From IMG/VR virus record IMGVR_UViG_3300044701_002219: a stretch of DNA of 64,000 bases; one strand, given 5' to 3'. The notes beneath the pieces are model-generated. The model had not been told where the DNA came from. It ran no database searches and worked only from the letters and a program-made list of their open reading frames with translations. The stretch is from an uncultured virus (IMG/VR IMGVR_UViG_3300044701_002219) (Duplodnaviria; Heunggongvirae; Uroviricota; Caudoviricetes). Position numbers and translations under genes: made by a program. Each line of letters begins with the position of its first letter. Position 1 is the stretch's first letter. Shown here piece by piece: positions 57,801-64,000 of the stretch.

Positions 57801-59426
57801 AGGAGTAATAAAAGACTGACCAGACTGATCAGCGGCTTTATAACCGGTTAGTTTTATAGCAGGTTTTTTCTTCTCGTATAGTTTTGCATAAGGATTATCT
57901 CCCTTTAAGATTTTTAAGTCTTCTTCTTTTTCTCTTTCTTGTTCTTCTAGTTTATCAGGATCAAATCTACTAACAAACATTTTATCCATAGGAAGTGAAG
58001 CTGTGGCTTTTCCTTTTTGAGACCATTCTATTAAATCGGACTCTGGAAACTCATCAACATCTACAGTTTCTTCACCATGGTTATTAGCTATTGTATACCA
58101 GTTGTTACCATCCTCATCTTTTCTTTTACCTATGATAAGTGAAGTATGCTGAGGAACATACTCATTTTTATTTAGTGGAGTAACGCTACCATCAAACCTA
58201 CCTATAGTTTTAGCATTTTGTTTGGTTCTAGAAAATCTTAAGTAGTCTCCTACTTCAAAACCTTCAGAAATAGGGTCTGCTTGGTAGAAACCTTCTTTCT
58301 TCATGTTGTCATCAAACATCATGTTACCAAAGTATTCTTGACCAAACTTCTTAGCACCGGATTTTTCTACTATCTGACAAACACCATGTATACAGTTCAT
58401 CTCTTGACCTAAATCTGTAATAGTCTTACCTGGTACGTGAGGTGTTTTATAACCAACACTTTCTAGATAAGGAATAACATTCTTAGCTATACTTTCTCTA
58501 TACTCTTGTGCTTTAGATTTTTGAGACGGTGGTGGAGCTGAAGGACTTTCATTACCACCTCCTACATCAAATCTACTCAACCATCCTTTTGGCATCAACA
58601 ACTGAGGAGAATTGGAAACGGGAACTGTATACTCATTAGGCTCATTATGATAATCTTTAACAGCTTTACCTTTTGGTGTAGTTTCTCTCCAACGCTTATA
58701 ATCATTAAGCTTATTCTGTAGCTGATTATAGTTATCCCAGTTCCACTGAGAAGGATTTCCTATTTTACTTTCTATATCTCTTATTTCTCTTTCCCATGCT
58801 TCAGGTGTTTCTGCCTCACCTCCAGGTTGATAACTATCTAACCATCCACCAGTAGCAAAAGGTTTGTAATACTGTCTACCACCAGGGCCATATAGAGTTT
58901 CGTTTCTTCTGTATAAAGCTTCGTTTATACTGCTCTTTATATTCTTGTTAGTGTATCTACCTTTTCTAAGACCTTTAGTAGGTCCTCCTTTTTTAGAGTA
59001 GTCTTCTTCTAGTTCTTCCTCTTCTTCCTCATACTCACCGAATAAATTAGTCCCAGCTTTTTGAGCAAACTTTTGTCTTTGAGAATCTGTAAGTGGATAG
59101 CCTTTTATACTACCTGATTGTAATACTTCTATAATAGTAGGTATACTAAGATTAATAGGACCACCTTTAGCAAACTTCTCATACTTCATAGCAGCTCCTT
59201 TAGGTATAGCCATCTCTAATACTGCAGAATAATCAGGGAAGTAATAGTTTTCTCCAGTCTTTCCTAAAATAGGACTACCAACTTTATTAGGACCAATAGG
59301 AAACATTAATACATCTTTTCCGGTAACTCCTTCCATAGTTATCCGGTTATCAGGTATTAGATTAGTAGGATTAAATCTATCCGGAGAATTATCTAAGTAT
59401 CCTGTAGTAGAGACTTTTGTTTTCAT
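54897..59426 (-). CDS. Modular cargo polyprotein with GGWLDxYQ linkers; CHAP-like and lysozyme-like module
   Basis: 1509 aa. Repeats GGWLDSYQ, GWLSRFD, GGWLDKYQ, GGWLDNYQ and terminal WLNKYQ; NC...GD...HT and E-S...GAFQ...HN motifs. Confidence 0.75.
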   Translation of the reverse strand: MKTKVSTTGYLDNSPDRFNPTNLIPDNRITMEGVTGKDVLMFPIGPNKVGSPILGKTGENYYFPDYSAVLEMAIPKGAAMKYEKFAKGGPINLSIPTIIEVLQSGSIKGYPLTDSQRQKFAQKAGTNLFGEYEEEEEELEEDYSKKGGPTKGLRKGRYTNKNIKSSINEALYRRNETLYGPGGRQYYKPFATGGWLDSYQPGGEAETPEAWEREIRDIESKIGNPSQWNWDNYNQLQNKLNDYKRWRETTPKGKAVKDYHNEPNEYTVPVSNSPQLLMPKGWLSRFDVGGGNESPSAPPPSQKSKAQEYRESIAKNVIPYLESVGYKTPHVPGKTITDLGQEMNCIHGVCQIVEKSGAKKFGQEYFGNMMFDDNMKKEGFYQADPISEGFEVGDYLRFSRTKQNAKTIGRFDGSVTPLNKNEYVPQHTSLIIGKRKDEDGNNWYTIANNHGEETVDVDEFPESDLIEWSQKGKATASLPMDKMFVSRFDPDKLEEQEREKEEDLKILKGDNPYAKLYEKKKPAIKLTGYKAADQSGQSFITPYLRQDDIKLYDYYNKNYEKIGKSSNLPPEVLDQLFLKQLGIKEKESSSGPRSLAKSLVPEGAVSIARKLADSLGINAEDNWIEDYWSRNANNVKNKYRSKEHFIEEIYKDRKLDKEAREYLKYNSPSSKGAFQQKELSKRGRFHKTGFDNLENQFLSSINLAIDNYHLLEKKYPDLEPQELVELTTLMHNSPSKALTREYVDFYLKNNEIDYVKDVNSEIPVYEVQGKPKEQTALSKLAEEKATKSGLVLPMKKSSSKNTVTDQERKNILEFAKKLPSKKQGGWLDKYQKAGIAPRVVTYTDKDLYDKAHKAEMDSLYVRKTNDQTFTPGLKTRPLTQQEKEYWKDEKTGLAPYLAEYDPRYRNTAYFGHFKKPVIHNVYEPIKEKPEYMEMRQVSMPEPTKQELDITAKIKVPQGFVKQRFNPETRLYEPVYVESWNTPASMGRRIYNKNIPSSTAAPPAGFEPQFEPDTEAAKMSTGGWLDNYQKKGEVKAKVKMPDGTVREVTPKEYAELYKSGNLTREFNREGQPTSYVATTLPEVDITDVKPRGFADQLTERLAEASGGKDWYKDPSQGFGKALYDVAMIPFTTPQLSTVYGLTDKVQTPSEAMNIENPYGAFAVDAILDPANLIGAEITKLPQAIRAGLKSGVKNIAKKPFTKLKEIPNTSSSNLPGSETSNLQKMDPEKQKDLMGFLRRRQFIKDLQKEGLIGEKLSVKDLNRAALSTAKTETLTKKALDEFGTTYRRVKGELPAGGKGKQSYTGYSYDMSKKAWWRPRSEFENMDLAGVDRNDPFSIAEYQATHVPMQDYGYRATGQSSSPYYDFLFQAQAPDPFAEYGPFEFRFAPKHDYTQGSYEDWYKQYYKNKPYYEETLKNWLKENPGKTRFDFLPKEAIQWKKTNRALIGKRGEKILEADKSYPFYGKSYSNMTPQEKDSYLEYAKKLFENYNTGWPGEYKKGGQPNWLNKYQ

Positions 59427-62400
59427 TATCTAGGCGAATAAAGATTTTTATTAGTTGCTAGCATTACTAGCATTTTTCTATCCCCACTAACTAACCTGCG
59501 CAAAAATACAAAATTTACATAATGGCGAAACTTCTTTCTTTCTAACTGATCTTTCTGATAGTTAAGATTGTTAGGATTAAGTGTTCTAACATATCCATTA
59601 GGAGATGTGTTCCATATCATTCTTTGAGCATATGTACCTGCGATTGGAGGAGGCGGAGGATAAGTCAAACCTATAGGGAATTCTCCTCTGCTATCTGTGA
59701 TATCCCAGAACTGGTTGAATCTATATTTCTGTTCTTCTTTAGAATAGAGTATAGAAATATTAGTAGGATTTATCTGTGGATAGTTAAGAATTACCGGCGC
59801 GTTATTCTTAGGATTAAGATTAAGCTTTAGTAATCCTGAACACTGCTCCGTGTTATATACTACAGCTTCATCAAAGTTATAGTCTAGAACATGGAAACGA
59901 TCGTAGCAATTATCTGCATATTTATATACTTCCATCACATACTCTACAGACCTTAAAGAGTTTACTTGGTTCGCAGTATGAACCATCCACTCTACTTCAA
60001 ACGGGTAATCTATTCCATAATAGTTACAATATAAATCGCATCTATCATTATGTACCCAGATGCCATTATTTAAAGCGGGATTTGTATTTGTGTTCTTAAT
60101 AGTTAAGAAAGTATTTTTACCCGGCAACATCAGATCCGGATGCCAGTCGTGCCAGCTAATCCATGATGCTGTTTTAGGATCATAACTTACTGTCCAAGAT
60201 GCGTCATCAAAAAACATAGGATCTCCTAGTTTTATAGGAAGCGTATCGTTTACAAGGAAGTTATCTCTATCTACATATGTAAGAACCGTATTAGGAGGAA
60301 GAGTACTTTTTACAACGTAATCCTTCTTTGAGAAATATAATAACTGATTAGTGTTATCATAAGTACTCTGGCAGCCGATACCTATTACTGGATTATCCAA
60401 AAGCTCAAAGTTTTCTATATTATTAATACCCTGTTTAAGTAATCGATAAGGTAAGTAATTCGCAAACCACCACTTTAAATCTTGGCCGCTAAGATCTTTT
60501 AAGCCTCCTGCAATACTGAAAATTTTACCTTGGTTTTGACTCATCCAATAAATACCCATAGGGGTATTAATTACGGATAATCTGTTTTGACAAGACGCAT
60601 ATTCATATGGTCTATCAGCATTCATCAAAGACTGCATAGGTTGTGAAAACAAACCTCCATCACCAATAGTAAGCTTGGTGCCGGCAGTAGTTTGCAACTC
60701 ATCTACACCTAAAAACTGAGTAGGACTATCAGATTCAAAAAGTATTAAAGCACCATTTCTGTTAATAGGTTTTATACAGGTTACCCTAGATAAAAACTCA
60801 TAATAGTTATTAGCTAAGAAAAAGTACCAGTTATCTTTACCTGATTCAAAATCTGTCGGTAAAGAATATATAACCTGATTAGGTTTGTAAACATAGCAAC
60901 TAGAAGCTAATCCTGGATCATAAGTTCTTGGTTGCATCTTTGCCCAAGAAGTATAATTAAGATACGTCTTAGATATACCTAAGCTAGGATCATATCTATA
61001 GAAGTTTCCGTCTTTTATAAGAGCCGTGTTAAACAGTTCTTTAACTCCAAGAATTGGATAGTGTTTTTGATTATCAAAATCTCCATAGTCTCTAAGATCT
61101 ACGTTTATCTCTGATTCTACAAAGAAGTACTTTACTCCAGAATTAAATAAATAGAAGTAACAGTTTCTAACTGCAAAACTTAAAGAATTAAGAAGACCTG
61201 TAATACCAGAGTTGTTATAACCATCTAAACAGAATCTTTCTGTAGGTAAAAAGTTATCTAACTGAGATAGTACTGTGTTTACAGGGTTACCTGAAAAAAC
61301 AGAAGAAAGACCTGTAAACATTCCTGTTATAGCATCGCTTAACTCAAAAGGCTGACTGCTCATCCAGAACCTTGGATAAGGTAACATTCTATTTTCTAGA
61401 TAGTCAAAACCAAATCCATCCGGTTGATCATACAACCACTCATAGAAATAAAAGAAAGTATCTTTTTCTGCAAAGCGTCCTACATAAGTATCTCCGCTAA
61501 ACATACTATCTGTTTTTCCTGGACCAAATCTATTTATGTTATGGTAACACTGACCTACTGGTACTTGGATAATACCATCTACTTGACCATACTGATTACG
61601 AAGACGTTGTTTATAAGCAACATAATAGTTTGCAGCAGTAGTTTCAAATTCTTTAGCAGTAGGTCTTCTTACAACAGGAGGCGCTGTAGGATCCCAATCA
61701 AGTTGAGCAAGATTTGCTACAGGAGATGTTGCGAGTTGCCTAGTGTTATCTACAAATGTTATAGGATCTCCTAATGCAGAATCTAGCTCTAAGACTACTT
61801 TATTAGATCTGTATAAGTTATTTATAGTATAGTTACTACCAAAATTAAGTACGTTGTTAGATAAGTAACTTTGTTCTGTAATAGTTCTTCTTCTTTCGTT
61901 AGATCTAGAAGGTGCTGAAAAAGTATACTTTCCAACAGAGTTATATTTTAAAGCATAATCTCTAAAACGTATAAAAGCTTTTATAAGATTAAGAGTTGTA
62001 TCAGCTCCTTGAGACCAGAAGTTTAAGAAAGTAGGGATACCTTGAGCTTGTCTAAGTAATAAAGGAATATCTGCATAGACACCACCTACAATATTTAGAT
62101 CTCTTATAAACTGACTATTAGTTGGAAAAGTAGCTGGTATAGCTGTAGCAAGAGATATCAATCCTAACAAAGGACCTAACCCATTTCCTAATACGTTATT
62201 TAAAATCTGACCACCACCTGGAAATGCTGCGGCAAGAGCTGCGGCTATCGATCCATTCATCACACTGACTGCAGCATCGCCACCAGCCCAAGTAGCCATG
62301 AATGCTGGTTCTAAGTAACCAAATAATCCAGAAGGCGCTGGTCCTAAGAAACCAGAACTTGTAACAGGATTTGCTGAAGGAAATTTATATGTCCATCTTC

Positions 62401-64000
62401 TTTCTCCATTTATAGATTGTGATGCTAAACCTATACCTACAATTACAGCTGTAAAGAATGCGGTATTAGAAATAAGTTTTGCTCTAGGATGTTTTTCAGA
62501 ATACTCAAACTTTCCTACAACAGTACTAGCCATTTCTTCTACAACCTTTAGTTCTTTACCGGATAAGAAAGGTTGGAAGAAGTTAGTATCTGGAGAATGA
62601 AAAGTAAATATGTCCCTTCTAAAAGTTCCCATAGGAGTATAGTTACCATTACCCGGCAACGGTACACCTAAGAAAGTATTAGGCTGATCTGTTTGTGTAG
62701 TAGATAAAAACGGATCTATTCTAAGATCATTATACGGATAGTTAGGATAAAGACCGGTTCTAGAGTTACCTTCTATTGTATACTCGGCCATGTTAGATAT
62801 AAGACCTTTAGCTAAAACAGTTCTATTACCTTGGCGAGATCCTCTAAGTATCTCATAACCAATTATTCCTGGGATAGGTTTACCATCATTATCTACAGGA
62901 GGTCTTACGTTTTCAAACTTTACACCCATTATTCTTATAGCAGGAGTATTTGCAAAGTTTGGAGAAGCTCCTATAAAGTGATTAGTCAAACTACTATTTC
63001 CAATAAAACAATCCGGAAACTTATGGTGACGAATCTTTTCCCCGCACAAATCATAATCATCAAGATTTGTTGTTACATACGGAATTGATGGCGTAAGCTG
63101 TCCTGGACAAGTAATAGGTGAAGGTGATAAAGTTGACCAACAATGTGCAGACGCATTCCATATCTCCGGCATTTTATCTGGATATTCTTCTGTGGATTCC
63201 CAGTATCCCATGTAACCTTCTGCTATTTGGAAACCACCATCTCCTGTCGGAATTATAGCATTAGAAGTAATACTAGCTGTATTTTCTACTTGCCACCTAA
63301 AGTTAAAACCTCCGGATACTTCAGAAATTAAAGCATCCGTAACTTGTAAAGCTGTTTCACCAGCAAATGCGGGTCTACCCGGAATATGATAGCTAGGAGT
63401 TTTATCGCCAGTGTCGTATATCCAACGGATAAAGAAAGCGTAAACCTCATCTCTCATGTAACCTACATTGCTTCCTCCATTTTTGTAGTAGTCTTCTGGA
63501 TACTCTGTAGAAATCCACTTTGTAACTATCTGATTAGCTAGAGGTTGATAATTAAAGTCTAACTTAGACGTAGGACCTACGCGAAGAAGATACGTGTTTA
63601 CATTATACATCGCATCAGACTTGTTATAAACTGTGGTCAGTATAGGTACGCTTTCTATAGGAATAGTGTCCCAAGTAGGGCTAATAATATCAAGATTGAT
63701 AATCTTTTGATTAGTAGAATAAACGCCAACGCGTCTAGCTACAGTCTGTAGATTTACAATAGAAACTAAAACTATTTCTATCTCGTCGTAATCTGGGTCT
63801 GTATTTTCTATAAATATGTTTAGAGAAGAAGCTATATTCTGATGCTCAAACAAGGGCTGAACATTAGAAGGAGTAAAGTAATCACTGATTTTCTCTCCAC
63901 CTATGCAGTAAGCAGCTACTATAAAGTAAGAACCGTTAGGAAGAGTCCCGCCGTTAGTTCCTTTTTCTACTCTATAACAAGCAGGCTGTATAAGTCTAGC
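59426..64000 (-). CDS. Large tail structural protein (crAss tail-stabilisation/muzzle-like), 5'-truncated
   Basis: Frame is open to the window edge (ARLIQP...GGTLPNGSYF... upstream of the track start). Motifs GYMRDEVY, IRHHKFP, GYEILRG, FTFHSPD, GDTYVGRF, WTVSYD...WISWHDW. Confidence 0.75.
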   Translation of the reverse strand, partial: ARLIQPACYRVEKGTNGGTLPNGSYFIVAAYCIGGEKISDYFTPSNVQPLFEHQNIASSLNIFIENTDPDYDEIEIVLVSIVNLQTVARRVGVYSTNQKIINLDIISPTWDTIPIESVPILTTVYNKSDAMYNVNTYLLRVGPTSKLDFNYQPLANQIVTKWISTEYPEDYYKNGGSNVGYMRDEVYAFFIRWIYDTGDKTPSYHIPGRPAFAGETALQVTDALISEVSGGFNFRWQVENTASITSNAIIPTGDGGFQIAEGYMGYWESTEEYPDKMPEIWNASAHCWSTLSPSPITCPGQLTPSIPYVTTNLDDYDLCGEKIRHHKFPDCFIGNSSLTNHFIGASPNFANTPAIRIMGVKFENVRPPVDNDGKPIPGIIGYEILRGSRQGNRTVLAKGLISNMAEYTIEGNSRTGLYPNYPYNDLRIDPFLSTTQTDQPNTFLGVPLPGNGNYTPMGTFRRDIFTFHSPDTNFFQPFLSGKELKVVEEMASTVVGKFEYSEKHPRAKLISNTAFFTAVIVGIGLASQSINGERRWTYKFPSANPVTSSGFLGPAPSGLFGYLEPAFMATWAGGDAAVSVMNGSIAAALAAAFPGGGQILNNVLGNGLGPLLGLISLATAIPATFPTNSQFIRDLNIVGGVYADIPLLLRQAQGIPTFLNFWSQGADTTLNLIKAFIRFRDYALKYNSVGKYTFSAPSRSNERRRTITEQSYLSNNVLNFGSNYTINNLYRSNKVVLELDSALGDPITFVDNTRQLATSPVANLAQLDWDPTAPPVVRRPTAKEFETTAANYYVAYKQRLRNQYGQVDGIIQVPVGQCYHNINRFGPGKTDSMFSGDTYVGRFAEKDTFFYFYEWLYDQPDGFGFDYLENRMLPYPRFWMSSQPFELSDAITGMFTGLSSVFSGNPVNTVLSQLDNFLPTERFCLDGYNNSGITGLLNSLSFAVRNCYFYLFNSGVKYFFVESEINVDLRDYGDFDNQKHYPILGVKELFNTALIKDGNFYRYDPSLGISKTYLNYTSWAKMQPRTYDPGLASSCYVYKPNQVIYSLPTDFESGKDNWYFFLANNYYEFLSRVTCIKPINRNGALILFESDSPTQFLGVDELQTTAGTKLTIGDGGLFSQPMQSLMNADRPYEYASCQNRLSVINTPMGIYWMSQNQGKIFSIAGGLKDLSGQDLKWWFANYLPYRLLKQGINNIENFELLDNPVIGIGCQSTYDNTNQLLYFSKKDYVVKSTLPPNTVLTYVDRDNFLVNDTLPIKLGDPMFFDDASWTVSYDPKTASWISWHDWHPDLMLPGKNTFLTIKNTNTNPALNNGIWVHNDRCDLYCNYYGIDYPFEVEWMVHTANQVNSLRSVEYVMEVYKYADNCYDRFHVLDYNFDEAVVYNTEQCSGLLKLNLNPKNNAPVILNYPQINPTNISILYSKEEQKYRFNQFWDITDSRGEFPIGLTYPPPPPIAGTYAQRMIWNTSPNGYVRTLNPNNLNYQKDQLERKKFRHYVNFVFLRRLVSGDRKMLVMLATNKNLYSPR

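Noticed and set aside
56343..58850. Linker repeats as a CRISPR array or DGR template/variable repeat
   Set aside because: Spacing is irregular (hundreds of nt), the repeats are in-frame coding with mostly synonymous differences, and no cas or reverse transcriptase gene is present.
21980..63331. Numerous 60-130-aa + strand ORFs inside the giant minus-strand genes, and minus-strand ORFs inside + strand genes
   Set aside because: They are antisense shadows with S/L/I/F-biased composition, no motifs and often TTG/GTG starts.
1..64000. Stop-codon reassignment (TAG or TGA recoding, known in some crassviruses)
   Set aside because: Genes up to 11 kb are intact in code 11. TAG (910, 3668, 12298) and TGA both end genes at tight junctions.
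63853..64000. ORF-track start of the tail protein at 63853
   Set aside because: The frame stays open for 49 more codons to the window edge, so the real start lies outside the window.

Overview
This window is a 64-kb segment of a crAss-like (Crassvirales-related) dsDNA phage of a Bacteroidota host, read in the standard genetic code. It has two convergent blocks. The + block (1-21.6 kb) holds a cluster of tiny, translationally coupled ORFs, then DNA repair and replication genes: an SplB-like radical SAM enzyme, UDG, a DnaA-CTD-like HTH protein, an initiator-like protein, DnaB helicase, an AAA ATPase, a putative SSB, primase, RuvC, a vWA/HExxH plus MoxR pair, a PD-(D/E)xK nuclease, PolB and a MazG-like enzyme. 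Two small minus-strand islands interrupt it. The - block (21.7-64 kb) holds a truncated large tail protein, four cargo-type proteins and three giant ejection proteins, one of them the DFDID-type virion RNA polymerase. Host assignment rests on exact TTTG-N20-TAnnTTTG promoters. Most notable observations: (1) two cargo proteins are punctuated by many [YFM]xxGG and GGWLDxYQ motifs that delimit discrete modules, including a CHAP-like plus lysozyme-like module, which suggests di-glycine-processed effector polyproteins; (2) the three almost Cys-free giant proteins carry terminal cysteines arranged as a head-to-tail chain in gene order; (3) the MoxR ATPase has a ~100-aa symmetric beta-hairpin insertion; (4) a possible two-state RNA switch covers the helicase start codon. 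All functional calls come from motif recognition by eye; no database searches were run.
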